From Chara braunii (lineage: Eukaryota > Plantae > Charophyceae), in assembly GCA_003427395.1 (NCBI GenBank), contig BFEA01000002.1, forward strand, positions 67,048 to 129,924: a stretch of DNA of 62,877 bases, read 5' to 3'. A program made the position numbers and the translations under genes. This document shows positions 52,050 to 62,877 of the stretch, piece after piece. Every line of letters begins with the position of its first letter. Positions within the stretch are counted from its first letter, which is position 1. The notes below the pieces were generated by a model. The model did not search any database and was not told the DNA's origin. It saw only the letters and a list, made by a program, of their open reading frames with translations.

Positions 52050-53189
52050 CGCTGGCGGACATTGATTACGTTTTGGCTGGGGGCATTCACTCGCAAAGTG
52101 TCCAGGCTGTTTACAGTTGTAACATTAAATCCTCCCCGTTGGATTGACCGCATGAGGGGGAGCGGGAGGAGTTGGTCCAAGTATAGGAGGGGCGGTCAGC
52201 AGAGGGCACGAAGCAGGAATGGGGTGGGAAGGGCTGGAATTTGCTTTTATTAGGTTCCCCATAATTTGTTCCAATCGATCCATCTGGGAAGCCTACATCT
52301 TAATCAGATTATTCATCCACTCAGACTGTTTAGTCGTAGCGGTATAAATCATCTGGGCCAGATGCATGTTAGTGATAGGCACTGATGCAGCATCTTGGGG
52401 CATTACTGTATTCACGAGCGCCATCTTGGAAGGAAGAAGAGGTTTCGAGAGAGGAGGGATCCGGGGTGGGTCCGTCCTGGTAGTCGTGATCAGAACGAGG
52501 GTAAAATCATCCCACCGCTCTGAGCCACGACTGCCATTTAGCAGCCACATCTTGGATCGTGTCTGAGATTCTTCCTCTCCCTAACTGATATGCTTGCGTG
52601 TATCCAGCAGATCCAGTTCAAGGGCTTTAGCTATGATGACGGGTAGCTGGCTCGTCTTGGGAGGAACCTTTTTCTGCAGTTCTGCTTTCAACACTGGATT
52701 GCGGAGATGATCGATAAGCAGATCTCGAGCAGCGTTTTCTTCCCGTCCGGATTTGTCTAATGCGGTCCGAAATCGATCCACAAAGTCGGGTAAAAGCTCT
52801 CCGGGTTTCTGCGGACGGGTTTTTAGTACGAACCATGCAGCATCTTCGCTGACTGCGTAGAACCTTGCTAGGAACGCCCTATGGAATGTATCCCAATCTA
52901 CCCATCTATGCCTTCTAAACCAGTCATGTGCAGTGTTTCCTAGTAGCAGGGTAATGACGCGGGGAAGATCCTCGGCGTCATATCCCTGAGCTTGAATGGC
53001 TTCGAGCCATGCCTCTGGATGAGTGTTGTTGGGATAGAATGGGAAGGTAGCGGGGATGCTTACCATCACATGGGAAGGTGTTCCATTAGCATCGACCATG
53101 GGCATCTCTAGTCGAGCTTCGGCGGACCTCTGTTGAGTGACGGGAGGACTAAGACAGTTAGATCGTTTAGCTGATCTTCCTCTCACCAA
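52050..53189 (-). pseudogene. gag: Ty3/gypsy gag with CCHC zinc knuckle
   Basis: AHDWF...WDTFHRAFLARF...Q.PGE...FVDRF; CYNCKQPGHFASECP at ~52080-52125. Confidence 0.85.
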
Positions 53190-53222
53190 CTCGTCTTACT
53201 ATCGTCAGAGCCAACACATGTC

Positions 53223-53235
53223 GGCTCCGATACCA
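53223..53235 (-). promoter_or_regulatory. Primer-binding site, tRNA-iMet type
   Basis: TGGTATCGGAGCC directly after the LTR (canonical plant iMet PBS TGGTATCAGAGC, one G-U). Confidence 0.85.
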
Positions 53236-56064
53236 ACCTCACACCCTGCGCAGTCTTTCATTCGGAGTATTTAAATTGTGGAAGGGGCCCCAGAGAGATA
53301 GTGAGATGGGGTGTGTCAAGGATTTTTGGAAAGTTGAGTGTGGGGACACGGACAGAACCGAAATCCCCTGTGCCGGTCCGACTTAGTACTAAGAAGGGGT
53401 AGGGTCTGTCACTGCGTGGGTTTTGAGGGGAAAAAAGGCGCATGCGGGACACACGACGCGGGGAAGTTCAATCCAAAAAGTACCGTTGAACTTCCCATCG
53501 GGCCGTTGCTCCTCGTTTCGCGTGAAAGGGGGCAGGTACTACGTGCTTGGTGTCCCGTTTTCGGATCAAATCCCGACGCCGCTCATTACATAACTCAGAA
53601 TCTGACGTGGAGGGTCTCGGCCGCATGACTTTTTCCTTATGTTCGTCCTCACTCCGTACTCGGTAGTGAAAGCCTTTTGATTGGTAACACTCGAAGCGAC
53701 AACAATCGCTGCACAGAGTGTGAGGCCAATGGGGCGCCACTGCCGTCCACGGAATGACGATCAACTCATTAAACGGCAATAGCAGCGAATAAGGCAAAAA
53801 ATGCGTATCAACAATGACAAAACCAGCACCACCGAACCCCGAGCACTGAGTTTCGGGAGGGAAATAGTATCGACCGCCGATCTTGGCGACGGCTTCTCGC
53901 ACGTCCTACTCGCATACACGTGCCCTCTTCTCGTTGTACGGGAAGGGACGTGGCGGGGATACGGGAGGTCGATGCCCAGTCGGGTTGAGGCCATCAGTCC
54001 ACATAGCAATCCAATCAGTCGCGAAGTTTGACCTCAACCATTCATCATGAGTCTGACAAGCGTAGTGATAGAAAGTACACAACCTATCGATCAGGTTTTT
54101 TTGGCGCTAGCTTTTATTCACCTTAGTCATGCGAAACAAGGTGAGAACACTCCTCAATTTCCTCAAAAATAGTTCATAGAGAGAGAGAATATTCGCGATG
54201 ATCTAGCGGTCTCGCTAGGAAGTCTTCACAAAGAAACCGTGGGGACAGGACTCATACTGGGTGAGACGGGACAATTGATCCACGTGTGCAGGTCGCACGT
54301 GGCACCTTTTTTCTTCCGCCTCTCGGGTTTTGCGTATCGAGGGCAAGCCGCAAATGTCGTGCAGCATAAGGCAGATGGCATGCGCAGTGTATTTCAGGTT
54401 AAAGATCCTGGGGTACTCGCCCGCAATCACATCACCAACAGATCTAAACACTCTTGCAAAACATTGTCCCTGCCAACGACTCGACCATGTTCAAGCATTC
54501 CATTCGCAACAGCTCTTCGGCCTTATCAAAGACCAGTCCATCAAACGATAATTTCATCATCCGAGTATTTCCATCTACACTTAAGATCACTTATCACGGA
54601 AGGTGCAAAAATGACAGCCATGCATCATTCAGTTCTCCGTGTGCTCTGCACCCCTGCCCCGTCATCCCATGGCTAATCAAACGCAAGCCCATCAGACAAC
54701 CATTTCATGACAAGCATACATAGTCATTCATGCCATAAAGTAGGTGGGGAGATGAAGTGTGAAATGGATGTGAACAACAAGATATATGAAGATCACGCAA
54801 AAATCTGAAGACGAAAATAATTTTCGGCTTAACTGTCGTTGAGTTGCACTCACACGAAAGAATAAATTTGAGATAAGGAGGCGCATCTGCCGTGAAGTTC
54901 CACTATGGCCCCGGGCCATTCATTCATTCAACTCCAATCACTTTCCCATGCATGCACTGACGATCCGAGCCGTCGCGAGCCACTTTCCACCACTGTGATC
55001 GTCACCCCGTCGACTCAGTCTTGACAAGGCCTTCTCGGATCCCACAGTCCGTCGTGGTGATCAGGCGCACCACCGGCCAGGCTACAGTCAGCTCGTTGGG
55101 ACTTTTCGACTCGCACTTAACACATACCATCTAGCCACTGCTTCCCGGAAGCTGGCAGACGAGTTGAGAGAGAGATTTGCGGACGCGCTTGCGGAATTTA
55201 TAATTGCGGGGAGGGAGGTAGGTACGAGGGAGGATGAAGGTTGAGTCGGGGAAGGGTGAGAGAGGACTTGGGGGTAATCGCCCGGCGAAAGCCATGTCGA
55301 TCCTACTGAGTCCGATTGCAGTCAATCAGAGTCGTCGCGTAATAGGAGTTTCTCCTTACACGGCGCCTCTCCTAGGCTTGGACGGAGTGAGGGGAGGATC
55401 GATCGGGCTCTTGGGCGTAGGACTCAGAGTGGGAGGAAGAAGGGTGTGCAGGATAGCGTGAAACGGATCCAAGATTCAAATGATCAAGAAAGAGAAAGGG
55501 CGCGCGGGGAGCAAGAGAGAGAGAGAGAGGGAAGAACAGTTATGGAGTGAGTGAGCGCGGGCGTGAAGGGGGCATCGAAGATGGCGAGGGGAGCAGAAAG
55601 GGGGAAGCTCGCTTGCATGGCGCCAATCACAAGTGCAAAAAGAGGCACCAAAACAGTTACAGATTCCTAAGTCCTATGCTAATTCAAAAATTGAAATCAC
55701 CATATCCGCGCGTAAAGCAGGCGTGGGAAAGGCAGTTCTACATCCCTTCGTATTCCCACCAAATTCCCAGAGTTTTCCGCGACGTGATCGAGAACATTCA
55801 TGCATAAAAAGGACACGTCGGGTTCCGTTTATTTCGGAATTTCTAACTACCGGGCCAAATTCCTAGCGCGCTTACTAAAGCGCGCGCCATTCCCATGCAT
55901 TTCCCAAATTATGAAAACATAATTTCAAGAATCAACACGGGTCTCAGCAAGGCATCTTTAATCAAAAACAGAGAGGGGCCTTGTTGGGCCGAGTAAACTT
56001 TGGAAAGAAAAAGAGAGAGAAGGGGTCTGGAACATGGCGCAGACTCAGAAGCTGGTTCGTCACA
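53236..56064 (-). mobile_element. 5' LTR (family A) of the gypsy element
   Basis: Begins TGTGACGAACC on the minus strand, colinear with 38993-41680, lacks the last ~11 nt before the PBS. Confidence 0.9.
53468..54004 (-). pseudogene. LTR-encoded CxxC protein, family A copy with a W>stop change
   Basis: MWTDG...PFPY...VCE*DVREAVAKIGGRYYFP...CSDC...YFLD*. Confidence 0.75.
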
Positions 56065-56610
56065 CTCGTGGCAAGCCTATGAATCCGACGAGGCCGGCCT
56101 CAGACAGAGGTTGTGTGCTCGCTGCTCGGCCTCGGTCCGGGTTCGTCGAACGAATCCCGCGGCTTGGTACTCGCTGCCTTGTTGGCACTTGGAGCACGAG
56201 GTTCGGGGCTAGTAGGGGGCGATCGCGTGCCAAGGGGCAGCAGTCAGGCAATGAAAGGGCAATACGAGGCGGTAGGGAGGGAATCCCATTTCAAGGATGA
56301 TGATACCAGGTTCGGCTATGACGTGGGTTACGTGTGAGCTGGGGAATTGGGAGGGAAAGGGGATTGCGCTTGAGGCCCGTTCAATGTCCCATTCACAGAA
56401 CCGTTCTTCCCTTGTCCGATAGGGAAATTTCAGAGGGTTGGGTCTGGGTCGTGCGAGAAGACAAACGTTCTCCCACTCCCAATGCTCCCGGAATCGCCGG
56501 TACCTCATAGTTTTCTGATCCGTTATATGAAACGGAATTTCGTTATCCATACCGTCGTAAGTTTCGTCATGGGTTCTGGAGGCGGGTCTTGCAGATACGC
56601 GTGTGAGCAA
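56065..56610 (-). pseudogene. LTR-encoded CxxC protein, family B copy with stops
   Basis: IPFHITD...FREHWE...FPY...CEWD...FPPY..LPFH.L..PW..IAPY*PRTSCSKC...EY...GF.RR...LRPASSDS*. Confidence 0.7.
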
Positions 56611-57314
56611 CGTCCTTCTTGGTGACGCTTACACGTGCATGCAAAAGATCGCGCTCTCAGTCGAATGGACCCGGATCAGATGGCCATTTTCTGACAGGAC
56701 AGTCATCTAAGTCAGGGAACGATTATGCATTGAATCAATTGTTCGCTCCTCGGTTAAGACATACATCCATCAAGACGGCAAAATTTCCCACCGGACTTAT
56801 TCGTACGACCTCGAAAGAAAATGGGAATGAGAAATCGATATGTACTCATACATTAAATCCATCCATTTACAAGGAGAACGACATGCATTCCTATTAAGCC
56901 AAAAGGGTTGCAAAGATCTAACGCAAGCGCCCGAGGGGCCGATATGCCCAAATTCTCAATAAGGAGGAGGGAATGAGGGAGAACAGATCAGGTGAATATT
57001 TGTAGCCACGCGGGTAAGCGGCGACCCTCAGGGTCGAGCTTTCTCGGACGGGCGAGAAGTCGGCAAATACACATACATCACGTTACTTCAACCAAACGAA
57101 TCTTTCATTCCCATCATCATAGCCCAGAGTGCACAGAAGTCATACGCAGCCGATCATCATACCGAATCCGACAACTCACAGAGAAACAAAGACTCAGATA
57201 AAAAAATTAAATCATTCGTCATTCACCAAGAAGAAAGATAGCCGCGAGCAAAAAGATGGTCGGCGCCAATTGTCAAAATTATATAGAAGAGGGGAGAAAA
57301 TACACCATCCCGAC

Positions 57315-57402
<88 letters not shown>

Positions 57403-58398
57403 ACCTCCGATGCAGGCAGTCCGTCGCCCCGCATCGACACAGAGTTGTCACCCCGCTTGGTCCGAGCATGCAAGCCAAGTTCGCCCGCGCGCCACAGTCC
57501 GTCGCGGCCCTTACGTCAAACCCGCAAACTCGGCACCAGCTCGTCGGATCGCCCAACTCTCTCGTCTACTCACCTTCTGAGCTTACTCGTTAGCCGATCC
57601 TCACTGATCGCGCTAACTTCCAAATTCATAGAGAGCAAACTAATCGTGTTGGCAAAATTTATAGCATGCATGCTTGCGCGAAAAACCCGGGACTATGCCT
57701 AAGCAGGGGAAAAGAGGAAGTGCCTTTTCTGCATGGCCAGGCCGCGGCGGGGGGGGACGAAACCACTCTCTGCGCATCGACCCAGCCATGCAACGTTGGG
57801 ACCAATTAGAACAGAGAAGGAAGCGTGCATGCGCGGGCGAAGGTGGGGCGGGGAAAAAGACATCAAGAACGAGGAAATTACAGTTGCAATTACACCCGCC
57901 AAAAGTTACGGTTACACGCAGGATTAAGGCGCGGAGAAGTCAGAGCCTAGATTTTGTTGTGGTAAGGTGCGCGCAAACGAGAAGCGCCGTGTAGCCAGAT
58001 TGTGAGGTGCCTAAGTTCCTAGCCTAAATCCTTATTACAAAAAGAAATTCTGAAAGGAAACAATTCCGAGAGCCCGCGGGGGCTCGACATCAGTTCGAAA
58101 ATTCAAAAGCGACGTTCCTGCGTGATGATCGCACCAAAATTCCCAGTTCCCACAGCAGAACAAGAAAGAAGCTATGGGAACAGTTATCTTTCGTGCTCGC
58201 CAAGGCGCGGTCACTTTAACTGCCTACCCGGGACTTTCCCGGCCCTGGTCCGAAAGTAAAAAAAAAAAAAAAAAAGAGGGCATCCATTTAACTTGCCCGC
58301 ACGACCCATCCGGATGTTTCTCACCCTACCAACCCGTCCGAACCCGTGAAGCAGCTTCGCGCAGAAAGTCGCACGTTTACTGGAAACAGTTCGTCACA
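56065..58398 (-). mobile_element. Family B LTR, cut within its ORF by the family A element
   Basis: Right end GTTCGTCACA; colinear with 5346-7631 and 17315-19614. Confidence 0.85.
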
Positions 58399-58584
58399 AC
58401 ACAGGAGGAATGCGCCAATCCTCAACTATACACAGACGAAGAAGAGGGGGGTTAGACGAAGAAGAGGAGAAGATGGGAATGTCGTCAACACCAAGTCTTT
58501 CGTATAGTCCCAAATAATCCCTCGTCAAATGTTTGAATCCCAATGTCAAGTCTGGATCCAAATGTCATCAAATCCCAATGTCAC

Positions 58585-58633
<49 letters not shown>

Positions 58634-58653
58634 NNNNNNNNNNNNNNNNNNNN

Positions 58654-58710
<57 letters not shown>

Positions 58711-58729
58711 GTCTGCAGATACTGAGAAG

Positions 58730-59368
58730 TCAGGTAGCGAGAGGGTGAGGAAGAGATGGTGGACTTAGAAGAGGAAGCTGGACCTATGGCGCCACAGGTA
58801 AGTCTCCCTGGCCTCCACCAACCATCTCTCTCTCTCTAACGCTACTCTAGCTCCCACTAGCGCCCAGCGCTGAAGACTACTGCTAACGCTACTACTACTC
58901 CTGCAGCGCTACTCCAGAGTGCTGATGCCGAATCCTGAAGACTACCTTCTGCCTCCTGCACGTGAAGTGCCTGGGAAGTTCCTATGAACTGCCTCCTGAC
59001 TGCCTGCAGCCTGTAGGGTGGGCCAGTCTTATATAGTGCTGGCCCGTCCAGGAGGCTGCTCTTGCCAGTGCCAAAACGTGCCAGACCCTGGCGTTTAAGT
59101 TCAAACAGAGGTTTTCTTGAAAACAGGCCCAAAATGGACTGTGCTAAAACCCTGGTTTGGTGCCTAAGTTTCAGGGCAGGTCGATCTTATGAGGGCCTGA
59201 AAATCGCCCTCCGTTTCAGGCTGAAAAGACTCAGGGCCTGGAGGGCCCTTTTTAGGCTCAAACGACACAAGGCCTGTAGGCCCTTGTTTCAGGCTTTCGG
59301 GCTGAAACGACATAGAGCCTATAGGCCCTCGTTTTCAGGCTTTTAGGCTGAAACGAAACAGGCCCTAC
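58730..59368 (-). mobile_element. Diverged family C-related LTR fragment
   Basis: Reverse-complement similarity to ~13870-14565 (GCACTATA..ACTGGCCC.CCCTACAGG; GTAGTCTTCAGGATTCGG; GCGCTGGGCGC; GGAGGCCAGGG..TACCTG). Confidence 0.7.
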
Positions 59369-61867
59369 ACCTACGGACCCCTAGTCTACCTGGTCGGGCC
59401 CTGCTGGGCCCATGTGGTACTGAGTATGCCTCAGCTCCTCTCCGCGAGTGCTCCGCACAGCCTCCCCGCATTCCGTGCATTGCATCTGTGAAGTGTCGGA
59501 AAAAGCACACTGGGGTTCGAACCCTCCTGCCCACCTGTTTCCACAGAGCAAACGCAACTGTCTTGGAAGTGCCCAACAGACAGGCGACATGTGGAGCCAG
59601 CGTCTTTCGTGGAAATCAGTGCCAGTTCCACTACCAGGTGCGTGTGGATTCAGCGCTCGAATCCGGATGTGCACATGGTCAGGTGCATACAATAGCTGTG
59701 TCTGCTTCTGTGCCACTCTGCACATGCACAACGGGCACTTCGCCGCAAACAAGTCCGCATTCGAGTGCTGGTATCGCTCACATTAGCTATTGGGGCTGCC
59801 CATGGGGTGAGCTCGACGGCCTACTGGGACAGCAGCAAGGTGAGCCTTGTGTTCCAACTTTTGCCCGTTCAGGCCCAAACTATGTGGGGAAAAGAAAAAG
59901 AAAAAAGCTTGAGGGAGACCCCCGAAAACAAAACCCCACCATCTGCTGTCAGCTGTGTGACAACACAGTTAGCAGCATGCAGCAATTATCAGAAAGTCGC
60001 GGTGATGTCCCATTCAAAAGGGTCACTGTGTGTGATCAGGCAGCACACCAAAATCTCAAAACAGTGGTGGCAAAATTGCAGATTTCACAATTTTGCTCAC
60101 CGTGTGCGAGTATGTCCTAAGAGCTCTCAAAGAGACCACTGGTCCTATATACAGATTCTTCTACAATTCGTTGTGCCCTAATTTAACTCCCTGCAGGTTC
60201 CCTGGAAGGGGACGCCGAAGAGGGTGGCAGCCACGTCCACCTCCGGACCCTGCTGCGCAACGAAGTGAACAGCTTTTGAGTCAGGGTCACATCGAAATTC
60301 GTTACCCAATTAAAAACAAGAAATAAAATTGAAAACTAACGTTTTTATTTTTATTTTTTTCATGATTTTTGGGGATAGGCCGTGCAAGTGCCCCCAAGCC
60401 ATTCCAGTAGCCTAGTCCCACAGATAATAAGAACAATAATCCATTTTCTATCCACATTATCATGCTCTTCCCACCACGTGCTGCTCGCCACCAATAGATT
60501 GGAGCACAGTTCGGCATAAAAAATGGACAAGAACATTAATTCCCTTCAAGTTTTCTCTTTAACATTTCTTCTCCATGTGCAAACTACCTTTTTGTCGCCA
60601 CATTCATGCCCTCATTTTCATTTCAGTGAGCACCACAGGATTTGGCAGTCCAATAAGTGAGGCTCAGGCCATGATCACGACTTCCATTCATCAACCCATC
60701 AGCGGCATACACAAGTCCAAATTTTGAAAATACAAATGGAATGTAATGAAATGGAATGACGAAGGTCAGATCCTCTTTTCTGCTAAAGGGGAACATATTT
60801 GTTTTTCTTTTTTTGTTTCGGGCCCCTAAAAGAGGCCACTTACAAACACACACACACACACACAAACAAACGAAACAAACAAAATATAGTTTTTTTTTTT
60901 TTAATTAAAAAAAAAAACAGGCCCAGTGCCCAACAATATAGCTAACAGCCTAACAATGCAATAATTTCACAGACAATTTTGAATTCGAGGAAATTAGATC
61001 AGGAAACAATTCAGGGTTAACATTATTGGAGGAAATAAAGACAAACAAACAAAAAAGAAAGGCCAACCCGCATGGAAAAAAAGAAAAGGAAAGAAAAGAA
61101 AAAAAAAGAAATGGCAACCCACATGTCATGGATAGAATCCTGTGTCATTATTACCGAAGTTTGTCAGCCACAAGCAGAAAACGAAAGCTGCTACAGAGCA
61201 CCCAGAAAATGGGACCCAATCTGTACCTGTGTGGTGGCTGAATGGAACACATATTAAATAAAACTGTTGATAAGCGTGCAGAGTTCAAATCCTGTCAGCT
61301 ACAATAATGTTATGGCCTACCCCTTCGAAAATTTTAGAAAAAGGGGCCCACAAGCAGGAAACAGAGGGATACAAGGCACCTCTTTTCCTCAACCATCTGT
61401 TCCGAAGGGAATCCCATCCTTGAGTGCAGAGAGATGTTTGAAAATAAAACGTGGAGAACGAACTTCGAGGCAGACACCAGTACTTAGCCTAAGGACAGTG
61501 GGTTTACTGCTGGGACGTACCGGACTGACGCCGAGGACATTCATTCCTTTTGTTTTTTGTTTTTCTAAGCTTTCCTTTTCTTTGTGGGGGGGGGGTGGGG
61601 TGGGGTGTCTTACCCTTATGAGAACCCAGGGGGGGGTCTTAGCCTTATGAGAACCCACCCAGCCTTCTTTCATCGATCTTCCCGGCGCACCCCCCCTACC
61701 ATCTTGGCGGGGTACCTGGCAGGACAGTGGCTGTCGGCACGAGCACTAAGCAGGAACCCTCCTCAGCCCTGGTAGCTTGTTCAAACGAGCCCTGTCGTAT
61801 GCGTACTTCGGGGGCTAGGCATAAGGATTCTCCACACACGCCATTGGTAGACCCTGAGTGTCCCCCA

Positions 61868-62532
61868 TGTGACGTACCAGCTCCCGCGGTAGAACGATCT
61901 CCTGAAGCCCTGTGTTTTTCTTTCGGCCATTAGCGAGCTTTGCGGTATCTCCTTTTTGGCTGGTGGGTAATGCACGAGTCCAATGGCCACCAAGGCCTCC
62001 CCATTTCAAGATGTTTTTTGTTTTCCAGATTTTACGTAGGAAATATGCACACCTTAGCGAGTGCGCTCGAAATTTCTTTTTTGTTCGGCAGTTGAAAGTT
62101 ACAGAATTTGCAGGCGCACTTCTTGGTGATGTGTCTTTTCTTGTGCATGAACTTTCCCAAATTCATCCCCGTGACATGTCTTTCTTGTGCATGATTGTCC
62201 CCAAATTCATCCCGGGAAACCCCGTGAATTTTCTATAGGAATCAGAAAAGGCCTAGAAACTCGCACGCTCGATACCGCGCGCAGATATTGTTTTTTCATT
62301 TCTTAATCTTGAATTAGTCCTAGGAACTGGGTCCATCCAATATCGGAAGCGGCATAACTGTTTCGGTGCCTTTTCATTCATGGGTTGGCGCCATCCGTAC
62401 AAGCTTCCACCGTCTCTCGCTTCTCAGACTATCTTCACCCTTCTTCCTTCGCACCTTCTTCCTTCAACTTGTAACTGTTTTCCATCCCCTTTCCATCCCC
62501 TTTCTCTCTCCTTTCATCTGAATCTTGGTCCC
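61868..62532 (+). mobile_element. 5' fragment of a diverged family A LTR
   Basis: Starts TGTGACGTACCAGCT; CCTTAGCGAGTGCGC, TTGAATTAG, AACTGTTT.GGTGCC and TGAATCTTGG match the reverse complement of ~2130-2754. Confidence 0.7.
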
Positions 62533-62667
62533 TATGTGACACCCGCGGCCTAGGCCGCGGGCAATTCGGCCCCCACGGCCGAAAATGTCGGTCGCAGCCG
62601 TGGCCGCCAGGCCTAGTTTGCGGACCGATATTTTGGATATTTCTTTGGCGATCGAAAAATAAGTGAA

Positions 62668-62700
<33 letters not shown>

Positions 62701-62705
<5 letters not shown>

Positions 62706-62877
62706 CCGACGAAACAGTTTGTCACAGCCCCTCGTTTGTTGTCGTTTTCTCTCTCTCTGCCTACGGTTTACCGGGCAGTTCTGTTTGTGACGATATATAT
62801 ATATGAGTCGGTGAAACTCCGACGAAACAGTTTGTCACAGCCCCTCGTTTGTTGTCCTCTTCTCCCTCTCTGCCTAC
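62701..62877 (+). mobile_element. Two adjacent 5'-truncated hammerhead-element copies (62701-62791 and 62803-end) in (TA)n
   Basis: (TA)n AAACTCCGACGAAACAG...GTTTGTGAC GATATATAT ATGAGTCGGTGAAACTCCGACGAAACAG... Confidence 0.85.

Noticed and set aside
38993-56064. 38993-41680 and 53236-56064 as the LTR pair of one provirus
   Set aside because: They are visibly diverged, the first has its own TSD inside a continuous host repeat, and no integrase core or independent PPT lies between them

Overview
Repeat-saturated eukaryotic scaffold segment with many N-gaps and (AG)n/(TG)n/(TA)n microsatellites. I see no host gene. The element repertoire resembles a large streptophyte-algal genome such as Chara, which is an inference I cannot verify. 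Contents: (1) eight copies or fragments of two related long (~2.3-2.8 kb) TGTGACG...CGTCACA LTR families (A and B, 4-bp TSD), one attached to a decayed Ty3/gypsy interior (PBS-Met, gag, CCHC, PR, RT, RH, then a PHD finger before an integrase remnant); (2) a third LTR family (C, 5-bp TSD); (3) two decayed L1/Tx1-like LINEs; (4) a Harbinger transposase pseudogene and several MITE families; (5) a (TA)n-associated, 5'-truncated element carrying a type III hammerhead ribozyme near its fixed 3' end. The two strongest candidates for something undescribed are a conserved ~180-220 aa CxxC protein encoded inside both LTR families (7 copies) and the hammerhead-bearing element (7-8 pieces). A Tn5/Nextera adapter artefact is also present. 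All alignments, translations outside the ORF track and RNA folds were done by eye.
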